64,000 nucleotides of DNA. Source: a virus (lineage: Duplodnaviria; Heunggongvirae; Uroviricota; Caudoviricetes). Position 1 is the first letter of the stretch, and each line of letters starts with the position of its first letter. The notes beneath the pieces were generated by a model. That model ran no database searches. It had not been told where the DNA came from and saw only the letters and a list, made by a program, of their open reading frames with translations. Location: the IMG/VR virus record IMGVR_UViG_3300009285_000002. One strand, 5' to 3'. Of the stretch, positions 39,943 through 49,554 are shown piece after piece. Position numbers and translations under genes: made by a program.

Positions 39943-40830
39943 ATGAAAGTAGTATGCGCAACCTCAGATTTGGCCCAACCATTCTATAAGTGGTTTGACG
40001 ATATTGCAGTGCTTGGCCATGAAGATCGGGTCACTGATGATATTGACCTGCTGATCCTAACAGGTGGCTCAGATGTATCCCCATCTCGTTATAACAGCCT
40101 ACCGGGCGGTTCTTACGGAATTGATCTGGAAAGGGACGAGAGGGAGTTTAATATTGTTGGAAAGGTTATGAGCCTAAATCCCAGAGTAAAGATCTTGGCT
40201 GTTTGCCGTGGATTGCAGCTTCTTAACGTATTATTTGGAGGAAATCTTATACAAGATTTATCCAACGCTGGTATAGGACACAGTGGAGTACATACTATAG
40301 ACTGGCTCAGTGAACACCCGCTATCTTGGTTAACCACAGTAAACTCTATGCACCATCAGGCCGTCAGCAGGATAGATGGAGATAACAGATTCCCACCATA
40401 CATTCTGGCCATAGAGCCAAATACCAGGGTTCCGGAAGTTGTATCATGGGGAAATGCGTTCTTGGGCGTACAATTTCATCCAGAGTTCTTCTCTGAAGCG
40501 ATTGGAGAGCGCTTCTTTGCAGTTGTAAAAAACTGGGTTGATGGGCTGGTGTCATTGGGCTACCCTGTCACTGCAGAAGACCTAGATGGACGTCCATCCA
40601 TAACATGGAGTAATGATACGGATTATGAGGAAGACTCTTTCGACGATGATGAGGACGAAGAACTGGAGGAAGAACTGCTTGAAAATGTGCCTAGTACAGC
40701 TCCTTCTATTAATTTGGTGGTCAATAGAGAGATGACTAACCGGATACTATATTCATTTAATAGTCTTACGGCGGCTACTAATGGCACAGACCTGAATTAC
40801 ACAGACAGTAACGATAATGGAGGTAGCTAA
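39943..40830 (+). CDS. class I glutamine amidotransferase-like / C26 peptidase with poly-acidic C-terminal tail
   Basis: Cys motif KILAVCRGLQLLNVLFGG and His motif FLGVQFHPEF. The C-terminus carries EEDSFDDDEDEELEEELLE. Confidence 0.6.
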   Translation: MKVVCATSDLAQPFYKWFDDIAVLGHEDRVTDDIDLLILTGGSDVSPSRYNSLPGGSYGIDLERDEREFNIVGKVMSLNPRVKILAVCRGLQLLNVLFGGNLIQDLSNAGIGHSGVHTIDWLSEHPLSWLTTVNSMHHQAVSRIDGDNRFPPYILAIEPNTRVPEVVSWGNAFLGVQFHPEFFSEAIGERFFAVVKNWVDGLVSLGYPVTAEDLDGRPSITWSNDTDYEEDSFDDDEDEELEEELLENVPSTAPSINLVVNREMTNRILYSFNSLTAATNGTDLNYTDSNDNGGS

Positions 40831-41430
40831 ATGGATAGATCACTTTTCATTAGTATCGTATCGGATGCCAGAAGCTCTTCGGACACTCAGCGCGATCTTA
40901 TGGATAAACTTGAGGGTCTGGATGATTTTCAGTCATTGATAGATATCATCCAGGCCAGGACTACTGAGTGGGGAATAGCGGTAAAACTAATAGGGGAACA
41001 CACAGCTCTGGTTGAGAGTACGCTATCTCCAAAAGAAGCCCAGATCAAGAGCTTCTTCGCTAATCACTCTTTTGAGAGCACCAACGAGCAGCGCATAGTT
41101 GCGGATTTGATAGAATTACTATCAGATATCAACGCTACCAGATTTATTCAAACTAACACCCGATCTATGCGTGCTTTCGATTCATATGTGGTAATAGTTC
41201 CGACCGGAAATAGTAACTCACACAGTTACAAAATCGGCTTACCTATTATCAATTTGTCCTCTGGTAGGACATTCTTTAGATTGGATGGCTCATCTGGCAA
41301 CGATATGTCTACCAATACAACAGAATATCGTATGCCATCCCGTTTGGAAATTGAGGCTATTGTGATAGCGCTGTTCAAGAAGTCCATGTCGTTTGTGGAA
41401 AACATGGTATTTGGTTTAACTGATAGTTAA
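40831..41430 (+). CDS. hypothetical protein
   Basis: 199 aa, starting directly after the upstream stop. Confidence 0.4.
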   Translation: MDRSLFISIVSDARSSSDTQRDLMDKLEGLDDFQSLIDIIQARTTEWGIAVKLIGEHTALVESTLSPKEAQIKSFFANHSFESTNEQRIVADLIELLSDINATRFIQTNTRSMRAFDSYVVIVPTGNSNSHSYKIGLPIINLSSGRTFFRLDGSSGNDMSTNTTEYRMPSRLEIEAIVIALFKKSMSFVENMVFGLTDS

Positions 41431-41439
41431 GGAGAAAAT

Positions 41440-41745
41440 ATGGGAATATCTGTAGTTAGAGTTTGTGGTGGTGTGGCCGAGGTGGTGTTCCAATCCCCGG
41501 ATGTTGAAACGCATATTTTTGATATGGATGGGGATGTATGTAACTATCTGTATAAAGATAAGTATGTATGCCAGATAGTTACAGTTAACGATGATGGAAC
41601 TTTGGATCTTAAATGTGTGGATACCACCGACGGAAGTAGACACAACCGTTCCTTCTTGGGAGTTCCAGTTGATGATGTCGAGTTCTTCTCATCTTTGGAG
41701 GACTCAGACTATGCTGATGATCTGGATGAACAGGAAGGCGCATAA
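41440..41745 (+). CDS. small acidic protein
   Basis: 101 aa with a C-terminus rich in D and E (SLEDSDYADDLDEQEGA). Confidence 0.4.
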   Translation: MGISVVRVCGGVAEVVFQSPDVETHIFDMDGDVCNYLYKDKYVCQIVTVNDDGTLDLKCVDTTDGSRHNRSFLGVPVDDVEFFSSLEDSDYADDLDEQEGA

Positions 41746-42311
41746 TGTATCTTCATGAGTATTACCACAGCAGCAGTCACATGCGCTCCTATATTACAAA
41801 GTTAGCTGAAGAGTTTGGTCTTGTTGTGGCGGATGGTAACCACGGCAGTAAAATTACATCCAGCATACATATTTCCCTAGCTGACGCGGATATAACGTCG
41901 GTTCTCAGTGAATTCCCGGGAAATTGCTCATCGCTGGTTCTGTCCGATATACAGGGCGGCTTCTGTGGAAATTCGTTATCCAAGATGTCAGATGCCGCGG
42001 TTAACTTCTCCATTGCGTTATGTAAATACGCAAGTTACGGTGGCCTTTTTGTTAGTGGTACATCAGATGACATGCTCAAAACTCTGGTACGGGATTACGG
42101 ATTCAGTGTTGTTATCAATAACCTACATAATCCACATTCCAGCAGAAGCAACTTCTTCCTTTTGCGGGATTTCAGCTTTGATTTTACACCGCCAACCGAA
42201 CCCCATGACAACACTGTTGTAGAGGTAATCAATTTAGACGCCAATAATATTATGGGCCGACTGCCGGATGTAAATGACCTCATTGAAGTTAACCTAGATG
42301 AGGGGTTTTAG
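41745..42311 (+). CDS. hypothetical protein
   Basis: 188 aa with TAATG coupling to the upstream gene. Confidence 0.4.
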   Translation: MYLHEYYHSSSHMRSYITKLAEEFGLVVADGNHGSKITSSIHISLADADITSVLSEFPGNCSSLVLSDIQGGFCGNSLSKMSDAAVNFSIALCKYASYGGLFVSGTSDDMLKTLVRDYGFSVVINNLHNPHSSRSNFFLLRDFSFDFTPPTEPHDNTVVEVINLDANNIMGRLPDVNDLIEVNLDEGF

Positions 42312-42314
42312 GCC

Positions 42315-42788
42315 GTGTACGATCTTGAGTCGGTTAAGCAGCTTATACTGAGCCGGGAGTTGGAGGAGTATTCAGGCTCTCCAGATATACATATGTCAGT
42401 GGTTGACATGCGTATAGGTAATGAGGCGTTCATAGCAACTATAGAGATAAAATCTCCCGACTATACCTATAATATAGATAAGGTATATCCATTTTCCGAG
42501 TGCTACGGTTGCGTAGTTAACGAAAACACGTCTATAGCCGATTACCTGGATGTGTTTAATGCGGTTATGAACGAACTTGACAGTCTGGAAGACGAAGGAT
42601 TCACTGGTGTAACTCGCTATAACATAGATAAGCATCGTGGCACCATTATAGAGCTTAGGAGACAGGTAGGTAATACCGAAAACTCTCAAGTGGAGCTTCG
42701 TAGTAAATTGATACTTAGGTTAACCAGCGCCATACATGAAGCCAAAAGTTACATAGAATGGCTTGATTCCTACTATTACCAAATATAA
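42315..42788 (+). CDS. hypothetical protein
   Basis: 157 aa with a GTG start. Confidence 0.35.
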   Translation: MYDLESVKQLILSRELEEYSGSPDIHMSVVDMRIGNEAFIATIEIKSPDYTYNIDKVYPFSECYGCVVNENTSIADYLDVFNAVMNELDSLEDEGFTGVTRYNIDKHRGTIIELRRQVGNTENSQVELRSKLILRLTSAIHEAKSYIEWLDSYYYQI

Positions 42789-42799
42789 AGGAGACCATC

Positions 42800-43258
42800 A
42801 TGTCAAGAATAATGGAAAGACGAAAAAAGATTGAAACCTATATTGGTCTATATGAGCGATCCCCGCTAAGCTTCCTTAGATATGCTGTTGGTGAAGGGGT
42901 AGCAGTGCCAATGGAATCAGATGGATCGGATTTAGATGTTTTGGTTATGGAGATATTGGAAAAAGCAATGGTTTGCATGTCCTATAATGGAGTTCGCATT
43001 GAAACTATGTCAGGAAGAATGCGAAGTTCATTAGATATCTGGAGGCATGCCAAATTTGTGTCTCCAGATGTTGACATTCTCTCAATCATGGAATCTATAC
43101 ATAGACTACGTGATCGTATTTATGGACATTACTGTACAACCGTAAAGAGATCAGTGTTCAGACTCCCGAACAACTATGGAATCGCACTTGGTAGGAGGAG
43201 CTTTTACTGCCGGGAGTATAGAATTAGGTTTAGCACCTGGGGTAAACTGCATGAGTAA
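42800..43258 (+). CDS. hypothetical protein, paralog of 33034-33543
   Basis: Shares the conserved core SLDIWRHAKFVSPDVDILSIM with ORF 33034. Confidence 0.45.
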   Translation: MSRIMERRKKIETYIGLYERSPLSFLRYAVGEGVAVPMESDGSDLDVLVMEILEKAMVCMSYNGVRIETMSGRMRSSLDIWRHAKFVSPDVDILSIMESIHRLRDRIYGHYCTTVKRSVFRLPNNYGIALGRRSFYCREYRIRFSTWGKLHE

Positions 43259-43583
43259 TGCGTTGGCTAAAGCTAGAACACCGTTCTCCGTAACCGAAGA
43301 TGGTACGCATAGGTATGACTCAAAATACCCGCATAAAATAAAATACCTGGTGCAAAATGGTCAACTATTTGAAAGTCGTTATTTTGGAGAATTGTTTGGC
43401 CACGAAGATTTGTATAGGTTTGTGGAAGACGTAGCCGATAATGGGTTCTTATGGTTCACAGTAAGGCGTGGTAGCTATGAAAGAATCAACTGGCTGTCTA
43501 TTGAAAAGGCTTGTGTATTTATCGCACATTCTGTAATTGACTCTATTATCAAGGAGGATTATTTCCATGAAATGTGCCAATAG
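43251..43583 (+). CDS. hypothetical protein
   Basis: Internal start (MSNALAKA) of track ORF 43176-43583 that overlaps the upstream stop. Confidence 0.35.
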   Translation: MSNALAKARTPFSVTEDGTHRYDSKYPHKIKYLVQNGQLFESRYFGELFGHEDLYRFVEDVADNGFLWFTVRRGSYERINWLSIEKACVFIAHSVIDSIIKEDYFHEMCQ

Positions 43584-43923
43584 GGTAGTATATGCAACTA
43601 AAAGGCGGATAAATGCAAGTGCGCATCCCACAATAGTCTCTTGTATTCCATCTGCGTATTGGAATACCTATACGGATTATTATAGAAAGTTTTCACAATC
43701 TAATATAGAACGTTACTATATAATCCACCATATAGATGAACCGTGTGGTGGTAATATAGTATCAAATTTGACGTTCGATCCAGGTTATTTTCTTGGTGGA
43801 GCCGACCCAGAGTTCACAATAAGATTTACGTGTGATAGGTGCGGTGGATACGAACATCCCAACCTTCCAAGAGACCTGGATGATGTTAATAAGCTATTAA
43901 CTAAGTGTATAAGTAAGTTATAA
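43567..43923 (+). CDS. Cys-rich hypothetical protein
   Basis: Internal start of track ORF 43537-43923 with an AAGGAGGATTATTTCCATG ribosome-binding site. Confidence 0.4.
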   Translation: MKCANRVVYATKRRINASAHPTIVSCIPSAYWNTYTDYYRKFSQSNIERYYIIHHIDEPCGGNIVSNLTFDPGYFLGGADPEFTIRFTCDRCGGYEHPNLPRDLDDVNKLLTKCISKL

Positions 43924-43933
43924 GGAGTAGCAT

Positions 43934-44179
43934 ATGTTTGCTATAAAAAGACCTATCAATGGTATTAGTATTAATGGAGACGAATTTATCCTTAATGCTG
44001 ATGGAAGTACTAAACTATTTACTTCTAATGGAGAAGCCAGACGCTTTCTTCTACAGAATAATGTAGATGTGCGGTCTGTGAATATTGTACCCATTAGTGA
44101 ATTAGATGTTCTTAGTGGTCTTGTAGAACCGTTGTTACAAGCAACCAATGAATTAATCCGTATTTTGAAAAAGGAGTGA
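43934..44179 (+). CDS. hypothetical protein
   Basis: 81 aa with an AAGGAGTAGCATATG ribosome-binding site. Confidence 0.4.
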   Translation: MFAIKRPINGISINGDEFILNADGSTKLFTSNGEARRFLLQNNVDVRSVNIVPISELDVLSGLVEPLLQATNELIRILKKE

Positions 44180-44526
44180 TAATGCGCATAAAAATTGGAA
44201 TTGATTTCGGAGACAATGATTTCTACCACCTATTTGAGGGATTCTTTAATAATATAATCCTTGAACTGTATTTCACTCCCACAAAAGAACAAGTGGTAGA
44301 GCTGTTTAATTCCTCAGCATACGGCATGTATCTGGCATTTCAGAACAAGTTTACTTATGGAGAGAAAGAACACAATAAGTATCTAGCAGAATCTTATCTA
44401 AAGATAACCACAGATAAAGTGTATATTAACGAAGAGGTACAAGAATATTTGGATGATCCGGATCAAGCTCACTTCAAAAATGGCGAATTCTTCTATACAG
44501 ATGGACGCAAATTCCTAAACGCATAA
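44176..44526 (+). CDS. hypothetical protein
   Basis: 116 aa with an ATGA overlap with the upstream gene. Last gene of the plus-strand block. Confidence 0.4.
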   Translation: MIMRIKIGIDFGDNDFYHLFEGFFNNIILELYFTPTKEQVVELFNSSAYGMYLAFQNKFTYGEKEHNKYLAESYLKITTDKVYINEEVQEYLDDPDQAHFKNGEFFYTDGRKFLNA

Positions 44527-44548
44527 TAGCATACAATATTAAACAATA

Positions 44549-44577
44549 AGCCCCGCAAATCGCGGGGCTATTTTTTT
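44549..44577. terminator. bidirectional rho-independent terminator at the convergent junction
   Basis: AGCCCCGC, an AAATC loop, GCGGGGCT, then ATTTTTTT. It sits between the last plus-strand gene and the first minus-strand gene. Confidence 0.8.
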
Positions 44578-44601
44578 GCATACTTACTATCCACTGGAGA
44601 G

Positions 44602-44925
44602 TTACTGGTTTAGTTCATCGTTTATTATACTAGCTATAAATCGTTGAAAAAATCTAAATTCTTCATACATATTTCTTCCACCAAACTCTACTTCACGTAT
44701 AGAACAATATTCCAACAATCCATTTATTTCCCTAAATTCAGTTCTACCTGTAGCATGTTTTATAAATCTAATAGAATTTCTTACTGCTACTTCCAATAAC
44801 CATAGGTCTAATTGTTTATTCTCATCTAGGAATTTGGATATATCTATACTCATTTTTTTGGGGAGAAAGAAACCATCTTCTATTAGTTCCTTCATAACCG
44901 TTTTGGTATCACTATCTAGTTTCAT
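44602..44925 (-). CDS. hypothetical protein
   Basis: 107 aa. Confidence 0.4.
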   Translation of the reverse strand: MKLDSDTKTVMKELIEDGFFLPKKMSIDISKFLDENKQLDLWLLEVAVRNSIRFIKHATGRTEFREINGLLEYCSIREVEFGGRNMYEEFRFFQRFIASIINDELNQ

Positions 44926-44926
44926 A

Positions 44927-45457
44927 TCATAACTCCATATACTGTAGCGTACCCATAAGAGTTTGAGAGGTTGGGTATATACCCCATAATTCCTTATTCC
45001 AAGGTTGTGAAATCATTATCACTTTGGTTACTTTGGATAAGCCCTCTACATGCTTTGGTAGATCGTCTATGGCGTAATCCAATCTAAGGAGTCTAGCCAT
45101 ATTTACTTTATCATCAGTGAATATTAGATTTTCCTGGAATGGGAACTTATATTTTCTCAAATACTGCTCAGTTGTAGTCTTAACCAATCTAGGGCGGCTA
45201 GTAATATAGTAAATATCGAATTTATCCTTAATACACTCCAGGAACTTTACACAGTCAGAGGTTGGCTGTTGGCTGGAATAGAAAATATCTATTTCTGTAA
45301 TGAACTTCCATACGCCCTCTGACCAGGTTTTATACTCATCTGTCCAGAAAGCATTATAGGTCCCAACATAGCCTTTATATGTTCTAAAGTAATCATATAC
45401 TGCTAAATGCCATGCCACTAAAGTACCATCCAAATCTAATCCTATCGATCTGGCCAT
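44927..45457 (-). CDS. HAD-superfamily 5'(3')-deoxyribonucleotidase-like
   Basis: N-terminal motif I IGLDLDGTLVAWH, of the DxDGT type. Confidence 0.45.
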   Translation of the reverse strand: MARSIGLDLDGTLVAWHLAVYDYFRTYKGYVGTYNAFWTDEYKTWSEGVWKFITEIDIFYSSQQPTSDCVKFLECIKDKFDIYYITSRPRLVKTTTEQYLRKYKFPFQENLIFTDDKVNMARLLRLDYAIDDLPKHVEGLSKVTKVIMISQPWNKELWGIYPTSQTLMGTLQYMEL

Positions 45458-46359
45458 TATATTAATTCTCTTTCAAACCCATAAACTGAATTGCTAGACA
45501 GTATTTCCTTGAATTCTTCCACAGTTCCTCCAGATTGGAAATAGTTTAGTGCTCCATATTTCTCGGCTTCTTCTTTAAATCTCATAATCTTTACTCTAGA
45601 TAATCCAAGAGAATTAGCTGTTCTAAGTGCGGCTGTGATTCCGGCAGAATCATTGTCGGCCACAAAGTATATTTCTTTCATCTTAGTAAAGTATCTAATC
45701 CATCCGGAATTCCAAGATAAAGCTCCATTAGTAGAACATACAGATGGAAGCCCCAATTGGTTTAGAAGCAGACAATCTACCATACCCTCCACAATATATA
45801 CTGTCTTAATAAATGGAAGAACCTCCTTATTGAATAGGACTGGTTTAAAATCGGTATCCTTATACCAGAATCTAATTCTCTTATCTGGCTTATCCCTCCT
45901 ACACTGGAAGTTGATGAATAACCCATCATCGTAAATTGGAATTAAGTTCCAGCCCTCAAAATTACCCAGTCTATATCTATCTATGGTAGAATTATTCAAT
46001 CCCCGGCTTGTCCAATATTCCCTGTTGCTTCTTCCAGAATTGTGGAACAAATCAACTAGCTTATCCAATCTAGTCTGAATAGAGGTTTCTTTAGAATCGG
46101 CTGGATTCTCCGCTGTTCTGTTATGTAGAACCTCTTGTGCTGATTTTCTAGTTAGCCCCCTTACATTCATTAAATAGTCTAAAGAATTTCCCCTTAGATT
46201 TCTGGAGTTAAAGAAGAATAAATCATTAAGGGAATCAACAACCAAACTAGAATGAACGTCTGACCTAAACCATCTTCCGCTTCCCGAAATCCCATAGTCT
46301 TCTCTAACCAAGTCCACTAGGCTAGTCATTTTCCTTCTTTCTAAGAGTGAAGTCATCAT
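45457..46359 (-). CDS. DNA primase (TOPRIM domain)
   Basis: TOPRIM motifs VYIVEGMVD (Glu) and YFVADNDSAG (DxD). Confidence 0.55.
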   Translation of the reverse strand: MMTSLLERRKMTSLVDLVREDYGISGSGRWFRSDVHSSLVVDSLNDLFFFNSRNLRGNSLDYLMNVRGLTRKSAQEVLHNRTAENPADSKETSIQTRLDKLVDLFHNSGRSNREYWTSRGLNNSTIDRYRLGNFEGWNLIPIYDDGLFINFQCRRDKPDKRIRFWYKDTDFKPVLFNKEVLPFIKTVYIVEGMVDCLLLNQLGLPSVCSTNGALSWNSGWIRYFTKMKEIYFVADNDSAGITAALRTANSLGLSRVKIMRFKEEAEKYGALNYFQSGGTVEEFKEILSSNSVYGFERELI

Positions 46360-46537
46360 CTTTATATATGGCAGTAATGGGGTGTGCTATTACTCTTGTA
46401 GGATGCATACTAATCTTACACTTTGGACATTCTAATGAAGCTGTGTGTATCTCATTGAATAATATATATTGAGATAATAGCATATCCATATCAAATATGT
46501 GTCTACAGTTAGTGCATCTAAGAGTGTATATTCTCAT
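46322..46537 (-). CDS. zinc-ribbon protein, possible detached primase Zn-binding module
   Basis: CTNCRH...CPKC in a 71-aa protein that overlaps the primase start. Confidence 0.35.
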   Translation of the reverse strand: MRIYTLRCTNCRHIFDMDMLLSQYILFNEIHTASLECPKCKISMHPTRVIAHPITAIYKDDDFTLRKKEND

Positions 46538-46703
46538 TGTTTATCCTACTGTGTTCTAGACTATTTACGTCTAGCAGGTTTATCTTTGGGATTTCGTTCA
46601 TCATCCTTCTGCTTCCTTTTCTTTCTAAGATTTAGAACTTTTTCCTTGTCCAGTTTCTTACTCTTAACTTGCTCTAAATCATCGTCCAATTTATTAGAAC
46701 CCT

Positions 46704-46907
46704 TCATTTGCTATTCTCCTTGGAATACATTTCATCTAAAACTGTTTTTGGGATGCATGTCTCTTTTTCTATATCTACTTCTACAATCTTACCGTCTACG
46801 ATGTCATAATAAATTCTACAGTAGAAGCAACGGTAGAAACGTCTGGGTAAAACCATTACAATATCACAACAACCATTACACTGTAGGCACTTATTAGCAC
46901 TTGGCAT
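46704..46907 (-). CDS. Cys-rich small protein
   Basis: CLQCNGCCD motif in a 67-aa protein. Confidence 0.35.
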   Translation of the reverse strand: MPSANKCLQCNGCCDIVMVLPRRFYRCFYCRIYYDIVDGKIVEVDIEKETCIPKTVLDEMYSKENSK

Positions 46908-46934
46908 ATATTGTACTACCTTTTCTCGATTAAG

Positions 46935-47138
46935 TCAACCAGCATCAATAGATTCTAAATCCCCTTGTGCAGAGAACTTGAAATCTACATCAATAGTTTT
47001 ACCGTCATTCTTATTGTAAACGGTAAGCCATCTGACCACTATATTTTCATTCCCCAATAGACACTCTCTATTCCAATCGGTATGGTATATAATATTAGTT
47101 TTATCTAGCATCTTACAAATAGTGTCAAAATCAGACAT
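46935..47138 (-). CDS. hypothetical protein
   Basis: 67 aa. Confidence 0.35.
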   Translation of the reverse strand: MSDFDTICKMLDKTNIIYHTDWNRECLLGNENIVVRWLTVYNKNDGKTIDVDFKFSAQGDLESIDAG

Positions 47139-47360
47139 TTAGTTTCCTCTTAAGTACCTATCAAGGGTGGATACCAAAGACTCGGTAAGCAAATCATCGT
47201 TCTTGGTATGTAAGAATTGAACCAATCTATTTAAATCTGTTATAGACAATGGAACATAAATAAGCTCATGCTGCTCCTTACAAACGTCCGCTTTGGTAGC
47301 ATCTATGTAAAGTTTGCCACAGTAGCCACATCTGTAGCCATCTATAGTTTTTACCGCCAT
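47139..47360 (-). CDS. zinc-finger small protein
   Basis: CGYCGK...C motif in a 73-aa protein. Confidence 0.35.
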   Translation of the reverse strand: MAVKTIDGYRCGYCGKLYIDATKADVCKEQHELIYVPLSITDLNRLVQFLHTKNDDLLTESLVSTLDRYLRGN

Positions 47361-47387
47361 AATATCCTCCTTAAGTCTGTATAAGTA

Positions 47388-47624
47388 TTACTTTGAGCCA
47401 GACCAAACTGTGCGGTTATACGCACTGACAGTTGAAAACAGCTCCTCCACTCTTTTTACGGAAAAGCGCAGCTTTATGTGTGGAAGTGCTCTTCCATAAT
47501 CAGCATATGATTGCCATTCACCATAAAATACAAGGCCGCTGTCCGAGACCTCTTCAAGAAGAAAATTAAGCTTATCCACCACATCACTAATATCTTTAAT
47601 TATTTCTGTGTTGTCTCGTGCCAT
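47388..47624 (-). CDS. hypothetical protein
   Basis: 78 aa with an AAAAAGGAG ribosome-binding site. Confidence 0.4.
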   Translation of the reverse strand: MARDNTEIIKDISDVVDKLNFLLEEVSDSGLVFYGEWQSYADYGRALPHIKLRFSVKRVEELFSTVSAYNRTVWSGSK

Positions 47625-48100
47625 TTTACTACTCCTTTTTTACCGTACTCCACACCACATGCTTTACAAAACCAGGTTCTTCCCATAAGTATAAAACACA
47701 CTCTATCCATGCAACGGTGACAATATCTCCAAGATTCTTTAATATCTACATTTATAACAACAACCATTAATCCTCCGTACCGTCTAAGGAATCTTGTTCT
47801 TGCTTAGCGCCACAACTACATTCTCTACTCCACCATACTTCTTTATCATAAGCATATGCAGAATATGTATGTATCTTCCAATCAGACCAATTATGTCCAG
47901 TAAATAAATGTATAAACCACATTACTTATTTTCCTCATATTCAGACCACATCAAAAAGCTTTCAATCCACCATCTAAGGGAAGCGTCTCCATGCAAACTC
48001 TTTAGATTTGACGTAAATAGCTCGGAATTCCTATACATCCATAACTTAAATTCCTCCGCCGTAATTACGGCGTCAAATTCTTCTTTATAGTCATTGGACA

Positions 48101-49003
48101 TTATATATTATTCCTCCTTTGTTCTAATGGTAAATCTACAAAAGTTTCACTTGAAGTTAGATTAAATTTCCACGTCAGCCACATTGAATGGAATTGAGCT
48201 GATGAATATGCATACAAGAATTTGGTGGGGGTTTCATCTATTGATTTGTAATTGTGTAAACTGAAATTAGCCTCCATGCACGATCTATAAGAAGATAGGT
48301 CGTTTTGTTGCATATCATGCAAACTGTCAAACGGACATGAATTCTTAATTAATTTCCATACCTCACCTTCATGTATACGTCTAAGAATGTTTGGAGTTAT
48401 GAATGAAATTCTAGCCGTAGGAATTATTTTCTGACAATTGTAGTTTCTAATCCAGTTAATTGTGGTCTGGGAGTAGTCTGCATTTATTAACATGGCAAAA
48501 GGAACTCCGTACTCAAAGCATCTTTCAATGAAAAGGTCTTTTATACTAAATGGCGGATTTGTAATTATTGAAATATTTTCCGGTAGATTTTTCATTGGAT
48601 CCGTGATAAAGTTATATACCTTACTGGGATCAGAATCTTTGATGTCAGATTCAAAAACCGTATAACCGGCATCTCGAAGTTTTCTGGAAATTTTTCCTGT
48701 TCCATAGGCTGGCTCCCATACCGCCTTAATTTCTTTAGGAATAAAGGGAATCAGTAAATCAATTGCATAATTAGGAGTTAAAAATTTATCCCGCTCCTGT
48801 TGTACATCGGGAACTTTTCTGGCAGTGGTCATTAGTTTGTATACTTTATTATACTCATCCATTAATAAGCTTCCTTGCTCGTCAGGGGCTTTACGTGTGC
48901 TTGTGACAGGCTTTACTCTCAATTTGTACTCTTTATCAACAATAGATGAAAGAGGCTGCGCGACATCGGGTTTTTTATTACTTTGCATTGCTTTTCCTTT
49001 CAT
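48101..49003 (-). CDS. N6-adenine DNA methyltransferase
   Basis: Motif I WEPAYGTGK followed by motif IV NPPF. Confidence 0.55.
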   Translation of the reverse strand: MKGKAMQSNKKPDVAQPLSSIVDKEYKLRVKPVTSTRKAPDEQGSLLMDEYNKVYKLMTTARKVPDVQQERDKFLTPNYAIDLLIPFIPKEIKAVWEPAYGTGKISRKLRDAGYTVFESDIKDSDPSKVYNFITDPMKNLPENISIITNPPFSIKDLFIERCFEYGVPFAMLINADYSQTTINWIRNYNCQKIIPTARISFITPNILRRIHEGEVWKLIKNSCPFDSLHDMQQNDLSSYRSCMEANFSLHNYKSIDETPTKFLYAYSSAQFHSMWLTWKFNLTSSETFVDLPLEQRRNNI

Positions 49004-49021
49004 TTCTGTAAACTCCTACCC

Positions 49022-49050
49022 TTGACTAATAAAGGGTTAGGGTGTATAAT
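49022..49050 (+). promoter_or_regulatory. sigma70-type promoter in a divergent intergenic region
   Basis: TTGACT at 49022-27, a 17-nt spacer, and TATAAT at 49045-50. Confidence 0.5.
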
Positions 49051-49139
49051 TGGGCATAATCAAAAACAAAACTAATCAATCAAATGTACCTCTATTATAC
49101 TACGATTTTAGTTTTGTGTCAATAGCAAAAGGAGGACAA

Positions 49140-49343
49140 TTGTCCAAGAAAGACTACAAAGCTTTTTCAGATATTATACGAAATAGGCTGGAAGAGTATC
49201 CTAATATAAGTAGTGCTAACGAACTTCTAGTTAGAGCTGAACTAAAGGGAGTGGCTTACGATATGGCTAGACTCTTCCAGCAAGACAACCAAAACTTCAA
49301 GATAATAGCCTTTCTAAACGCTTGTGGAATTAACCATGATTAA
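49140..49343 (+). CDS. hypothetical protein
   Basis: Probable TTG start with an AAAAGGAGGA ribosome-binding site inside track ORF 49050-49343. The track's own start would overlap the -10 box of the promoter. Confidence 0.35.
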   Translation: MSKKDYKAFSDIIRNRLEEYPNISSANELLVRAELKGVAYDMARLFQQDNQNFKIIAFLNACGINHD

Positions 49344-49554
49344 TATGAATGGACTACAGATCTCCAAACCGTTTTTCCAGTATGGCAGCTCAGAAACCGC
49401 AGTAAAGTTTAGTATAGAAATTGATATGAATGATAGGAGAGAGTATCCTGCAGATGTAGAGTTCCTCTATGATAGAGAGCAGTTAATAGCTTTACATGAA
49501 CATTTGGGAAATATAATTTATGAGATGAAAAGGATGGAAGATGGAAGTAAATAA
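49324..49554 (+). CDS. hypothetical protein
   Basis: 76 aa, overlapping both neighbours. Confidence 0.35.
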   Translation: MELTMINMNGLQISKPFFQYGSSETAVKFSIEIDMNDRREYPADVEFLYDREQLIALHEHLGNIIYEMKRMEDGSK

